Below are positions 49,655 to 60,457 of a DNA stretch of 64,000 bases, piece after piece. Source of the stretch: Leptospiraceae bacterium. GTDB lineage: Bacteria; Spirochaetota; Leptospiria; Leptospirales; Leptonemataceae. The stretch's first letter is position 1; the number at the start of each line of letters is the position of its first letter. The position numbers and the translations under genes are program-made. The notes beneath the pieces are model-generated. The model ran no database searches. It was not told the origin of the DNA and was given only the letters and a program-made list of their open reading frames with translations. Location: assembly GCA_040217195.1 (NCBI GenBank), contig JAVJNR010000004.1, positions 32,001 through 96,000 of the forward strand. The letters are read 5' to 3'.

Positions 49655-50455
49655 TTATACTCTTTCCGGATGCTTTTCCGTGTATAGATCTCGGCCTTCC
49701 CGCTTCATCACTTTGAACAGTTCCGTCTGTCTGGGATCCAGTCTTGTGCCTATATCATAGATGGCATCTTCAAACCGGGCTCCTTCCACATTGGCGCCGG
49801 TAAGTTTGGCCCATCGTAGATCGGCCTGCCGGAAATCAGCGTTCTTTAGATTGCAGTTATTCAGAAAGGCTCCCCTTAAGCGCGCCCCCTGGAAGTTCGC
49901 ACCTTCAAAGCTGGCGTTCTGCAGAAAGGCATTCTGAAGGTTGGCCCCTGCCAGGTCCACACCTGAGAAATCCTCCCCTTCAAGTATTACCTGAGTGAGT
50001 TTTTCTCCCCTAAGATGGCCCTGCTCTTTTAGCCTCTCAAGTGCATAAGCCCGGGTGATCCGATCCTCCGGTTTCACTCCAGTGCCATTCCTGTAATCTG
50101 CCACAGCCTTCTGCATGGCTTCCACTGCAGATTCAGGATAATTCTTCCTTCTTTCGGGAAACTCAAATAGGGATTCTATATCTTCGGAGGTGATGGACTC
50201 GGCCCGGCTCAAAGGCTTTCCTTTAACCCATTCAGTGGCCATAGCAAGGGCTGCCAGACCAAATCCGCAACCGGTTGTTGTATAGGATGCATCCAGAACC
50301 GTCTGATCTTCCGCACCTTCGTCGATCTTGAGATAAAGCCTGTAACCATCGCCGCAACCCACGTTTCGATAGGAGGATACCACGGTGGCATCTTCCATCT
50401 CCCGGTAGTTCTGGCGCTGATCGTTGATTTCTTTGTATTTTTCGAAATCCATCAT
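49655..50455 (-). CDS. NifU/IscU-like domain fused to pentapeptide repeats
   Basis: NVGCGD, GCGFG; repeats LAGAN LQNAF LQNAS FEGAN. Confidence 0.85.
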   Translation of the reverse strand: MMDFEKYKEINDQRQNYREMEDATVVSSYRNVGCGDGYRLYLKIDEGAEDQTVLDASYTTTGCGFGLAALAMATEWVKGKPLSRAESITSEDIESLFEFPERRKNYPESAVEAMQKAVADYRNGTGVKPEDRITRAYALERLKEQGHLRGEKLTQVILEGEDFSGVDLAGANLQNAFLQNASFEGANFQGARLRGAFLNNCNLKNADFRQADLRWAKLTGANVEGARFEDAIYDIGTRLDPRQTELFKVMKREGRDLYTEKHPERV

Positions 50456-50474
50456 GACTCCAGCATAAGTCTTT

Positions 50475-52043
50475 CTACGGATCTCGACGAGCGCTTCCTA
50501 TCCCGGGATAGGAAAAACTGTAAAGTCCATGCACCGTTCCCTGGGCCTGAGCACTGAGAGAGCGCATTTCAAATCTGGTTTTGCCCGCATGGGACTCCGC
50601 ATGAAGCTGCTCAATACTCTTGATGCCCATATCCTGAAAACTCTGCTTCAGCCCCTGTACCAGATACGGAAGGTATTGAAACATGGAACCCTTGTCTACA
50701 ACAGATCCGGTAACTCCCTGAGCTACCTTGATCTCCTGATCTTCAGAGAAATAACGTTTTGCCCCACCAGCTTCCATGGCCTCCAGGCTGGCCATGCCGC
50801 GATAGCGTTTCAGACGAACACCGTTCTCATAGTAATACTCACCAGGAGCTTCCAGTGTTCCGGCAAACATGGATCCCATCATGGTAGTAGATGCGCCGAT
50901 GGCAAGAGCGATGGAAATGTCTCCTATATTGGATATTCCACCGTCAGCGATAACCGGCACTCCTTCTCTGGCTGCGTATCGGGCGGTCTGATACACGGCT
51001 GTGGCCTGCGCTCTACCAACAGCCATTGTGTCTTGAGTAATGCAGATGGATCCTGGCCCCATTCCTACGCGAAGAGCATCCGCTCCTGCACGGATCAATG
51101 TTCTGCATTGCTCCATGGTCACAACGTTTCCAGCAATTACATCCAGGCGTGGAAAGTGTTTCTTGATGTATTCGATTAGTTCGATTTGATAGTGAGAATT
51201 ACCCTGGGCTGAGTCGATTACGATCACATCGGCACCGGCCGCTTCCAGAGCTTCCAGACGATCCCGGCTTTCCAGCTTGGTAGAGATTGCAGCGCCCACC
51301 ATAAGTCGTTTGGCCGAATCCTTGGAGGCATCCGGATATTCCCTGTGCTTCTTTATATCCGAACGACAAATCAATGCTACCAGCTGTCCTCGGTCATTGA
51401 CGATGGGCAGCTTTCCTTTCTTGGATTCTTTAAGAACCTGATTGGCTTCCGCCAGGGAAAAGCCTTCTGGAGCCGTAATCACATCTCTGGTCATTACCTG
51501 GGCTAACTGAATAGTAGAATCCTTTTCCAGATCCACGTCCCGATTGGTAACTATTCCGACCAGCTTACCTGTACGATTGCCATCTTCCGTAATAGGAATT
51601 CCAGAGAATCCGTACTTCTCTTTTACTTTATATAGATCTGCTATGGTATTTTGAGGGCTGAGTACAATTGGATCCGTGATGAATCCATTCTTAAATCTCT
51701 TTACCTTTTCTACCAGTTCCACCTGGCGTTCCACGGTATTGTTGTAATGAACAACTCCAATACCACCCAGTAATGCCATGCAAATAGCCATGCGCTCTTC
51801 GGTGACTGTATCCATGGGGCTGGACACCATGGGTCTTTGAATTCGAATATTACGTGTTAGCTGAGTGCTTAAGTCGACTTCACTTGGATGAAAATCAATG
51901 AAGCCGGGAAGAACCAGAAAGTCTTTGTAGGTGAGCCCGCCTTCCAGAGCAAAAAGTTCTGCGGCGGAGAGACCGTCCTGGAAGGTCTCTTCTTCCTGGC
52001 CTGCAAAGGCTGTACCGGTAGGTTTTGTCTGCAATCCGTCCAT
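50475..52043 (-). CDS. guaB: IMP dehydrogenase
   Basis: [12 protein letters not shown] pair, [24 protein letters not shown]. Confidence 0.96.
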   Translation of the reverse strand: MDGLQTKPTGTAFAGQEEETFQDGLSAAELFALEGGLTYKDFLVLPGFIDFHPSEVDLSTQLTRNIRIQRPMVSSPMDTVTEERMAICMALLGGIGVVHYNNTVERQVELVEKVKRFKNGFITDPIVLSPQNTIADLYKVKEKYGFSGIPITEDGNRTGKLVGIVTNRDVDLEKDSTIQLAQVMTRDVITAPEGFSLAEANQVLKESKKGKLPIVNDRGQLVALICRSDIKKHREYPDASKDSAKRLMVGAAISTKLESRDRLEALEAAGADVIVIDSAQGNSHYQIELIEYIKKHFPRLDVIAGNVVTMEQCRTLIRAGADALRVGMGPGSICITQDTMAVGRAQATAVYQTARYAAREGVPVIADGGISNIGDISIALAIGASTTMMGSMFAGTLEAPGEYYYENGVRLKRYRGMASLEAMEAGGAKRYFSEDQEIKVAQGVTGSVVDKGSMFQYLPYLVQGLKQSFQDMGIKSIEQLHAESHAGKTRFEMRSLSAQAQGTVHGLYSFSYPGIGSARRDP

Positions 52044-52084
52044 ATTACAGGAAGTCCTGGATGGGGCAGAACGGCAAGGCAATT

Positions 52085-53359
52085 TCAGATGGCACGCCGT
52101 TTTCGGAGATCTGAAATGTCCGATTCGCTATATCCCAGGGATTCAAGAATGTCCTGAGTATCCTGACCGTGGGCCGGAGGAGGTAGCCGGTAGGAAATGG
52201 GACTTCGCGATAGATGAAAGGGGCTTCCGGTTACAGGAACCGGACCCAGCGTCGGATCGTCCAGGGCCACGGCTGCTTCTCTGGCCTGCAATTGCTCACT
52301 GTGAAACGCTTCATCCGGCGATAGAACCGGCGTCAGGCAACAATCTGTATGCGCAAACAGGGGCTGTAGATCCTCATAGGTTTTTGTATCAAAATAGTCC
52401 TGCAATTGCTGACGAACCCTGTGCCGATTCTCCATCGAATCTGGATCGGATTGCAGTTGTTCCATCAATTCTTCGCGGCCTATGTTTTTCAGAAACGTGC
52501 GAAAGAAATTTCCTTCCAGAGCGCCCAGCATTACATAGCGGTTCTCCTTTGTGCGATACACCGAGTAGTTCGGAAGTCCACCGCTTAGATCCATCTGGCC
52601 TCTGGCAGGCAGCTTACCCGCAGCGGCCAGTTCTCCGGAATGAATGGATAATAAACTGAATGCTCCATCCATCATTCCGGTATCCACAAACTGACCCTCG
52701 CCTGTTCGTTGCCTGTGAAATAGTGCTGCCAGAATTCCGGACAGAGCCAGTAAACTACCGCCGGCTGTATCTGCTACCTGAATGCCCGGAAGAACTGGCG
52801 GACCTCCGTCTGCGCCGGTGATATGAAGCAGTCCGCTTTCGGCGATATAGTTTCCATCATGCCCGGCCCGGTCTCTTTCCGGACCTGTGGCCCCATAGCC
52901 AGATATTGCACAATAGATCAGACCCGGAAATCTTTTACTCAAACTCTCATAACCGATACCCATTTCTTCCAGGGTGTTCGGTCTAAATCCTTCCAGTAGA
53001 ACATCTGCCGTTTCCAGAAGTTTTAGCAGTACGTCGCGTCCCTCTGCCCTTTTAATGTTCAGTGATATACTTTTCTTATTTCGATTAACAGAATAAAACA
53101 AACCGGTGGGATTCGAATCATCACTCGGGGATTGGCCTGATGATTCAGGGGATGAGAGCTTTGTACCCATGAGCCTGGTCATATCTGGAACACGAGGATT
53201 TTCGATTTTTATTACCTCTGCGCCCAGGTCAGCCAGGTGCATTGAGCAAAGGGGACCTGGCAATAGCAGGGAAAGATCTACGACACGAATACCGGACAAC
53301 GGTCCGCGGTTGGTCTCTCCAAAGGATCTACTTTTAAGTTTATTCACATCTATGGCCAT
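52085..53359 (-). CDS. CaiB/BaiF family CoA transferase
   Basis: [42 protein letters not shown]. Confidence 0.93.
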   Translation of the reverse strand: MAIDVNKLKSRSFGETNRGPLSGIRVVDLSLLLPGPLCSMHLADLGAEVIKIENPRVPDMTRLMGTKLSSPESSGQSPSDDSNPTGLFYSVNRNKKSISLNIKRAEGRDVLLKLLETADVLLEGFRPNTLEEMGIGYESLSKRFPGLIYCAISGYGATGPERDRAGHDGNYIAESGLLHITGADGGPPVLPGIQVADTAGGSLLALSGILAALFHRQRTGEGQFVDTGMMDGAFSLLSIHSGELAAAGKLPARGQMDLSGGLPNYSVYRTKENRYVMLGALEGNFFRTFLKNIGREELMEQLQSDPDSMENRHRVRQQLQDYFDTKTYEDLQPLFAHTDCCLTPVLSPDEAFHSEQLQAREAAVALDDPTLGPVPVTGSPFHLSRSPISYRLPPPAHGQDTQDILESLGYSESDISDLRKRRAI

Positions 53360-53436
53360 AGCTCTATTTGCTCCTACTTCGGAAGAATGATTTGCTACCG
53401 GTCTTACCGGGCCTGAGTCAGGATAGACTATTTCAA

Positions 53437-53811
53437 TTATTGGGCGGCGCTCATCCTGGAAGCAACCAGCCACAGACCAACAATCATCATTGCAATGCCG
53501 GCGTACTGAATCCAGTCCAGATTTTCCTGGAAGAAAACCCGGGATGCTACCAGAACAATTATGAATCCAAGACTGGTCATTATTGGATAGGCAATACTCA
53601 AAGGCACATTTTGTGAAAGCACATGACGATAGGCAATAAAAGCCAGACCAAAGCTAGCAAGCCCTGCAATAAGCCAGGGATTAAGTAGCAGCTTGATGAA
53701 ATCTTCTGTACCCATTTCTCCTGAACGATAGGCACTTGCTTTGATCAGTATATTCGCCGAGGCATTCAGCACGATTGCCAGAATGAATACGATTAGTGTA
53801 AGTTGAGTCAT
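53437..53811 (-). CDS. SMR/EamA-type 4-TM transporter
   Basis: ANIL.K, PLSIAYP, F.E, G..L. Confidence 0.8.
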   Translation of the reverse strand: MTQLTLIVFILAIVLNASANILIKASAYRSGEMGTEDFIKLLLNPWLIAGLASFGLAFIAYRHVLSQNVPLSIAYPIMTSLGFIIVLVASRVFFQENLDWIQYAGIAMMIVGLWLVASRMSAAQ

Positions 53812-53926
53812 TGTTTTCTCCGATGTCAGTGGCGAATCTGTTATGCTTCGCTCTGTCTGTTATTAATGCTTCTGCCAGTATTCCGTTTTTAGATGGCTTC
53901 CGGGACCGATTGTGCACCCTGTATCG

Positions 53927-54934
53927 CTATACACTCTCGAAAATCAGTTTGCTCAGCTCTTTGAAGTCCATCTTCAAGCGCACAGGCAGATAGTGCAGTC
54001 CCCGAAGGTGTGGCTTTTCAGAGGATCTGGCATCCAGGTTGTCCACTGTGGCAATCTGTCTTATACGAACCAGATCTTTCTCGGTAGTCACAACAGGCCA
54101 TCCCTTTTGCCAGCTGAGTACATCGGACATTCGATATCGATGGTGATCGGAATACCTGATGTGGCTCTGCACATCGTAACCAGCAGCGGTCAGAGTGGCT
54201 TCAAACCCTGATGGATTTCCAATGCCACTTACGGCCACCACCGGACCGGGCTTGAGCGCAGGCAGAACGGCCCCGGCCGCATGAATGGATTCCCAGACTG
54301 GCAATGCAGGAAAGGAACTTTGAATGATTCTTTTCCATTGTGCCGCCTGGCCGGCAGCCAGGTCTGTTCTGGTCAAGATAACGGCGCTGGCTCGCTGCAG
54401 AGCCAAAATAGGTTCCCTGAATTTACCCAGAGGGATTAAAGAAGCATCTCCCGGGGCAACCGTGGAGTCCAGAAGCACCAGATTCACTTCACGGTGCACC
54501 GACGGATTTTGAAAGGCATCATCCAGAACTATAAAATCAATGTCTGTTGCGAAATCCTGGATTGCCTTCCATCGGTCCGAGCCAACAATTACCCGGGCCC
54601 CCGGCACATTGTAGAGCTGCGCTTCATCCCCACTTTCAGAAGCATCCATTAAGAAACGTGAACCATCGAAAGCAAGGCCGCCAGAACGGCTTTTCTTACC
54701 GCCATAACCGCGCAATACTACAGCCGGACGATAGCCCCTGGAAAGGGCTTCCTGTAACATCCAGACCCCCAGAGGAGTTTTGCCTGTTCCTCCAGCACTC
54801 AAATTCCCCAGGGATACAACCAGAGCTAAACTGCGATTCTGCTTATCCTTTCGTTTCTGGAATTTTCTATGGTGCAGGCGCAAATACAGTCTTTGCAACC
54901 AGTGGGAGCTTCGTATGGGATATTCGTCGCTCAT
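53927..54934 (-). CDS. lpxK: Tetraacyldisaccharide 4'-kinase
   Basis: VSLGNLSAGGTGKTP, RGYG, GDE, LDDAFQ, P.G.FRE, DHH, TTEKD. Confidence 0.93.
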   Translation of the reverse strand: MSDEYPIRSSHWLQRLYLRLHHRKFQKRKDKQNRSLALVVSLGNLSAGGTGKTPLGVWMLQEALSRGYRPAVVLRGYGGKKSRSGGLAFDGSRFLMDASESGDEAQLYNVPGARVIVGSDRWKAIQDFATDIDFIVLDDAFQNPSVHREVNLVLLDSTVAPGDASLIPLGKFREPILALQRASAVILTRTDLAAGQAAQWKRIIQSSFPALPVWESIHAAGAVLPALKPGPVVAVSGIGNPSGFEATLTAAGYDVQSHIRYSDHHRYRMSDVLSWQKGWPVVTTEKDLVRIRQIATVDNLDARSSEKPHLRGLHYLPVRLKMDFKELSKLIFESV

Positions 54935-56838
54935 GAAACGGCAAATTGCATCTCATAAAGGCGGCGGTAGATGCCCCCTTTCTCCAACAGAGTTTTATGG
55001 TCTCCAGTTTCCACAATGCGACCCTGGTCCATCACCAGAATTCGATCCGAGCGAGTGACTGTAGAAAGACGATGGGCTACAATAAATACTGTCCTGCCGC
55101 GTAGCAAAGTGTTGATCGCTTCCTGCACCATCTTTTCGCTTTCATTGTCCAGAGCAGATGTTGCCTCATCGAATATTAAAACAGGTGGATTGTGCAGTAT
55201 GGCTCTTGCAATTGCAATTCTCTGTCTCTGGCCACCGGAAAGCATAACTCCCCGTTCTCCCACCAGAGTATCATAGCCTTCATGAAGGGCTGAAATAAAC
55301 TTATGTGCATGGGCTGCCCGAGCCGCTCGCACAACCTCCTCTTCTGGAATGTCCACGCGACCCAGGGTAATGTTATCGCGCAATGTAGCGTTGAAGAGAA
55401 ATACACTTTGAGTAACAATACCAATTCGCTCCCGAAGATCATTCAGGCGAAAGTTCTTCAGGTCTTTTCCATCTACCAGGATTCTGCCTCCAGTGGGATC
55501 GTAAAACCTGGGAAGAAGATCAATGAAGGTTGACTTCCCGGCTCCAGAGGAACCGACAATGGAAACAGTCTGTCCTGCCTCCACACTTACGTTAACGTTT
55601 TTTAGAGCATCCTGATCCGAACCAGGATAGCGAAAGCTAACATTGTCAAATTGGATGGTATCGCGGACCCCGCCAAATCGAATTGGATCTTTTGCTTCTG
55701 TAAGTCTTGGTTTATCATCCAGAATTTCAAAGATTCTCTCAGCTGCGGCCGACGATGCTCCCATCAGATTTACCATGATAGAAACCTGTTTCATGGGTCG
55801 CATGATGAAGATTAAAATAAAGAAGAAGCCAAAAAACATCCCGCGGCTTAGATCCCCGGACGAGATTTCATAAGCTCCCCATCCCAGGAAAATCACCACT
55901 ACCAGAGTAGCCACGAATTCTGTAATGGCCGGCCCCACCTGATGATAATAGTGTCCCTTGAATGTGTTTCGAAAGAGGCGATGATTGATGATGTTAAACC
56001 TCATCTGCTCGAACTTTTCCATGGAAAAAGCTCGAATGACTCGAATGCCGCTAATTATTTCCTGTACATGGCCTCCCATCTCTGCCAGACGCTCTTGTTG
56101 GCCCATGGCGGCCCGACGAATCTTCACTGCAAACTTGTTCACCGGTGCAATCAGGATGGGAACTACCAGCAGAATGGCCAGAAGCATTTCCCAGCTAATC
56201 AAAGCCAGGATAACCAGGTGAGTAATTATATAGAACAGATTAACCACTGCTTCCTGAAACTCGATAGAAAGCGAACGACCTACTAGCTGTACATCGTTTA
56301 TAACCCGGCTCATGATGATACCGGTGCGACCCTGCTCAAAATAGTCCAGGCCCATCCGATTCAATTTACTGTAGAGTAGATTCCGAATGTCCCGTATTGC
56401 ATAGGTACCGGCCGTACCTATAAAATACAAACTAAGGCTCAGACCTATAGTCTTCAGAAAATAGATGGGCAATACCAGCAGACAGAGACTGAAAATAGCT
56501 TCCCTGGGGGTTTTATCCTCCACCCATTCATTGGAGTAGACCTTGAAGCCAGTCCAGCGCGCATTGATGGATTCGAATATCGGAAGATCCTCACCCCGCT
56601 GAAATCGATCATACTTTTCCAGCTCAGAGGCTCCAAGAGGGAAGAGCTCTACCTTTTCGGTCTCTCCCAGAGCATTGAAAATGGGAATAAAAATCGTAAG
56701 TGAAAAAAGATTGGTAATGGATACTACAAGAGAAAGGAACAATCCCGCAAAGATTCGAAATTTGTACTGCAGCACGAATCGACTGAGCCTTAAAAGCGGG
56801 GCAGCCCTGAGCGGCGGCTTGGTGCGAGTTTCTTCCAT
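54931..56838 (-). CDS. msbA: Lipid A export ABC transporter, MsbA-like
   Basis: TMD plus NBD (GSSGAGKST, LSGGQRQRIAIARA, DEATSALD); overlaps lpxK; start placed at Met 56838. Confidence 0.8.
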   Translation of the reverse strand: MEETRTKPPLRAAPLLRLSRFVLQYKFRIFAGLFLSLVVSITNLFSLTIFIPIFNALGETEKVELFPLGASELEKYDRFQRGEDLPIFESINARWTGFKVYSNEWVEDKTPREAIFSLCLLVLPIYFLKTIGLSLSLYFIGTAGTYAIRDIRNLLYSKLNRMGLDYFEQGRTGIIMSRVINDVQLVGRSLSIEFQEAVVNLFYIITHLVILALISWEMLLAILLVVPILIAPVNKFAVKIRRAAMGQQERLAEMGGHVQEIISGIRVIRAFSMEKFEQMRFNIINHRLFRNTFKGHYYHQVGPAITEFVATLVVVIFLGWGAYEISSGDLSRGMFFGFFFILIFIMRPMKQVSIMVNLMGASSAAAERIFEILDDKPRLTEAKDPIRFGGVRDTIQFDNVSFRYPGSDQDALKNVNVSVEAGQTVSIVGSSGAGKSTFIDLLPRFYDPTGGRILVDGKDLKNFRLNDLRERIGIVTQSVFLFNATLRDNITLGRVDIPEEEVVRAARAAHAHKFISALHEGYDTLVGERGVMLSGGQRQRIAIARAILHNPPVLIFDEATSALDNESEKMVQEAINTLLRGRTVFIVAHRLSTVTRSDRILVMDQGRIVETGDHKTLLEKGGIYRRLYEMQFAVS

Positions 56839-57030
56839 AGGCCTTACGATGTTTAGTTTCCAGGTGCCCCTGAGGGCAAGAACAATAGACTGCGCTTCAG
56901 CCGCGGCATAGCCCGGTATAGCAGGAGTTTTTGCCCTGAATCGGGGGGAACCCTTGCATTGGAATGCATTGGGCAGCCAGGCAAAACCGTTACCCTGGCC
57001 CTTACCACGTCCCGGACGCAAAAGAATGAA

Positions 57031-60000
57031 CTAGAAGCGGAAATCCCCAATACCGAAAACAAAATTGAATCTGTCATCTCCCGGTATAGGTTTCAGTTTG
57101 CCCCGATCATAATAGAGCTTCTGAGCCAGAAATAGCCTCAGTGGCAGAACTGGAATCTGTATCCTGATTCCAAAGCCCCAGCTAAACAGTGTACGATCGA
57201 GGGCCAGGTTTCTCTGGGACAGAACCGCTCTTCTAGGATCATTCCAGGCTGACTGGGAACCGAAGAAGTATGGCTTCTGGTTCACTGGATTGATATTGTC
57301 GGTCAGATATCGATCAATGGCATTGGCTCCTTCGAATTGAGCTTCTACCTGATCCTCATAGTCTTCAACAAACTCAGCATTGTCTCCTGTCAGCTCGCCC
57401 AGATTAATGAACATTGATCCAGCATCCAGAAAGAAGGTCCACCAGAGTACAGTAGGTTCAATTGGAAACCGCATCTCCAGACCGCCCAGAATCATGTGGT
57501 TGGCCCCGTTTAGCTGCCACCAGGAATTGGGAAAGTTGGGATCCTGAGCATAATCATAGCCCCTCAGGGTTTCATAACCGCCCAGGTATAGCTTATCGCC
57601 TGGCTCAATAAATGGATTAATGTCCTTATTCTGACTTCCGCTGTAAGGAGCCGTTTCATGGGTGAAAGTGCCAGACAATCTGGTCTCAATCACCACCCTC
57701 CAGCGCTTCAATGTATTGGATCGAAAAAGGCCACCGAAGGTGTAATCAAAAGGCCAGAAGTAATGAGCAAACTTTGCAGTGTACTGATTGTAGTGATCCT
57801 CTCCGCCCAGTATCTGGCCCACCGTTTCAATGGATAGGTCCATGCTCAGACCACTGGTGGTATTATACACATTGTCCCGGGAATCATAGAGAAGGCCATT
57901 TGTGAAGCTGGACTTGAATTGCCAGCCCAGGTTTGTTCTTCGAATTACTTCATTGCTGGCCAGAGCAGATGGACGGGAAGCAACGGACCAACTGGGAGAA
58001 TATCTATGGTAGTGAGCCCAGTTAATCCAGAAAGTATGGGAAAGTCCAACTCCAATCCCCAGGGACGTTACCTCGTAGGATGCCCTTTCGAAGAAATCAC
58101 TGGAGTCATCGCTTACGCGGATGGGAACAATCTGCACTGTACTGGATGCATACCCGGCGTAGAGCGATAGAGCCCAGGGCCTGGGAGCACTTCGGTAACA
58201 ATCTTCTTCCTCTTCTAGAAAGGGCCGCACTACATGGCGGATCTTCTCTTTTACCCGGTCCAGGTTTTCCACTGTTTCCGGAGAGTTTCGCGCTTCCTGT
58301 ACATAGGTGCGAATCAGCTTTCCAACTTCGCTGTATTGATTCTGATAGGTATCCGCCAGTAGTTCCAGAGATTCCAGGCTTTCCGCTTCATCGATTCTCT
58401 GTTGCTGATTGTACCAATAACGACCGGTGGAATCCTGACAGGCTTCATACAACCAGGGATCGGTCCAGGAAATACTTACCTGACGCGTCAGAGGTCCGTA
58501 CTGTAGTTTACCTGTAATTCGCTGCCCGGTTCCATTCAGGTTGTTTTCGCCCACCTCCGTAAAGATGGAAAAGCCAGTCTGGGTGCCATATCCACCACCC
58601 ATGGTGATAGTTCCGGTGGGCTGCTCCGTTACATCGATGATGAGATTCATTTTCTCATCATCCGAACCGGGGCGCATTTCCAGGTTCACTTCTTTAAAGT
58701 ATCCCAGGTTAAAGATCTTTTCCCGGCTTCTTTCTACCAGGGCGGAATTGAAGAGCTGACCTTCCTTAACCAGAAGCTCGCGACGAATCACATGCTCCTG
58801 GGTCTTGCTCATACCTTTGATTATAATATTCTCTATAAATGCCAGATGGTTTTCGCGAACAACAAAATGCACATGTCGCAGCGTTTGCCCGGCAGCCCGA
58901 GGATCGTCCTCAAGTTTTTCGCGCAATAGTTCAAAGTTCAGGCTTTCGCCTATATCCTGGCATCGTCTTTGCTCTTCGGATGCAGGATTTTCGAGATCCC
59001 TGCAAGCTTCGTATTTCTGCAGAGTTTCTTCTGTGAGTTTGAAGGTAGTAAAATAGGGTTGAATCTGGGCGAATACGTATCCCTGGGAAGAATAGGCCTG
59101 CTGCAGAGTGTTCCTGTCCCTAAAGAACTTACCTTCGTCGAAGATCTCTCCGCTTTCGCCGGGATTAAATTCCATGAAGCTGAGTAATTGTTCTTCGGTA
59201 AAAACTGGATTCTGATTCTCCTTGGTCTTTACTTTGCGTTCCGGCGGATTTCTCTCCAGGTTTATTGCCTGGGAATCATGCTCCAGAGAGTATCCACCAT
59301 AGTAACGAATTTCCCCTTCATTGATCTTGTAGGTGATAACCACCACTCGACCTTCTTCAGGCTTAGATGGATTTCGCCATCGAATCTCATAACCGGTCCC
59401 TGCTGGATCTATCTCTGCATTTACATAACCATTGGACTTGGCAAAGGCCAGTAGCTTGTATTTGTCCTCTTCAAATTTACCTTCGCTGAAAATACCGTCT
59501 TCGAATATCCCCTCTTCTTTATGATCCAGTATGGCCAGCATATTCTCAGGATCAAGATTTCGGGTACCCAGGATGTTGATTCTGGATATCGGGATATTCT
59601 CGCCTTCATCAATAATGTAGCGAAGTTCAATTGTATTTGTTTCCGGATCCACCTCTCCGGTATCCAGCCATACAGCAGCCATGAAGAAACCTTCACTGCG
59701 ATATTTATCCACCAGGACGGCTACCGCTTCCTGGGCTCGCTGCAACTGGTAGACATCCCCTTCCTTTATGGGCAGAGCTGTTTTTAGATCAGCTTCGTAT
59801 AGCTCTTCCATACCCAGAAGTTCTACATCGCTGATGCGCGGAAGCTCCACCAATTCAAAGTTCAAAATGACCTGATCGCTGGAGTTCAGCTGCGCTTTTA
59901 GTGTTACGTTTTCAAAGTAGCCGGTGGCATATAGAGCGCGCACGGAAGCATTGAGACTCTCCAATGTGACCTCCTGACCAACAGTCAGAGGAATTGTGTC

Positions 60001-60183
60001 CCTTAGCTCTCCAGGATCTACATTCTGAAGGCCATAAAATTCAACACCGGCCAGGGGTTTGCCCAGATATTGATCTCTATCAGAATTTCCGGGGGCAATG
60101 GCCACCAACAGGCCAGTGAGAAGGGCTACGTGCGCCAGGCGTGGAGCGAATTTTAGCAGTATTTCCTTGAATTTTTGGATCAC
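57031..60183 (-). CDS. bamA: Outer membrane protein assembly factor BamA
   Basis: POTRA repeats, VIRRELL, E.N.NGTGQ, GGYETLRGY, terminal FVFGIGDFRF. Confidence 0.92.
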   Translation of the reverse strand: MIQKFKEILLKFAPRLAHVALLTGLLVAIAPGNSDRDQYLGKPLAGVEFYGLQNVDPGELRDTIPLTVGQEVTLESLNASVRALYATGYFENVTLKAQLNSSDQVILNFELVELPRISDVELLGMEELYEADLKTALPIKEGDVYQLQRAQEAVAVLVDKYRSEGFFMAAVWLDTGEVDPETNTIELRYIIDEGENIPISRINILGTRNLDPENMLAILDHKEEGIFEDGIFSEGKFEEDKYKLLAFAKSNGYVNAEIDPAGTGYEIRWRNPSKPEEGRVVVITYKINEGEIRYYGGYSLEHDSQAINLERNPPERKVKTKENQNPVFTEEQLLSFMEFNPGESGEIFDEGKFFRDRNTLQQAYSSQGYVFAQIQPYFTTFKLTEETLQKYEACRDLENPASEEQRRCQDIGESLNFELLREKLEDDPRAAGQTLRHVHFVVRENHLAFIENIIIKGMSKTQEHVIRRELLVKEGQLFNSALVERSREKIFNLGYFKEVNLEMRPGSDDEKMNLIIDVTEQPTGTITMGGGYGTQTGFSIFTEVGENNLNGTGQRITGKLQYGPLTRQVSISWTDPWLYEACQDSTGRYWYNQQQRIDEAESLESLELLADTYQNQYSEVGKLIRTYVQEARNSPETVENLDRVKEKIRHVVRPFLEEEEDCYRSAPRPWALSLYAGYASSTVQIVPIRVSDDSSDFFERASYEVTSLGIGVGLSHTFWINWAHYHRYSPSWSVASRPSALASNEVIRRTNLGWQFKSSFTNGLLYDSRDNVYNTTSGLSMDLSIETVGQILGGEDHYNQYTAKFAHYFWPFDYTFGGLFRSNTLKRWRVVIETRLSGTFTHETAPYSGSQNKDINPFIEPGDKLYLGGYETLRGYDYAQDPNFPNSWWQLNGANHMILGGLEMRFPIEPTVLWWTFFLDAGSMFINLGELTGDNAEFVEDYEDQVEAQFEGANAIDRYLTDNINPVNQKPYFFGSQSAWNDPRRAVLSQRNLALDRTLFSWGFGIRIQIPVLPLRLFLAQKLYYDRGKLKPIPGDDRFNFVFGIGDFRF

Positions 60184-60379
60184 TGATGCTCCAGTTTGAT
60201 GTTCCGAATTGCCGGGCTACGGCGGAATCTGGACAGAAAAATTGTCTCCATTCAAGAGTCATTCTCATTTTCCCCGCTCCATGCCAGATGAATGCATTGA
60301 ATCCCTGTATGGAATTAGAATACGGCGCATTCGGTGAAGTGAATGCAATGTCTGTGGAGTGAATTCAACATTGATCTAC

Positions 60380-60403
60380 AAAAAAAAGGCCAGCCTTCCG
60401 GCC
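60380..60403 (-). terminator. Possible intrinsic terminator after recN
   Basis: Minus strand ggccgg-aagg-ctggcc followed by T8. Confidence 0.5.
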
Positions 60404-60457
60404 AGCCTGAGCGAAAAAGTAGCAGATAAGATTATTGTAGATTCTGAATGAAGGGCA

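Noticed and set aside
50529..52659. Long + strand ORFs (216 aa, 242 aa)
   Set aside because: Antisense shadows of guaB and the CoA transferase with no motifs; the same applies to other shadow ORFs such as 18384-18905 and 60482-61147
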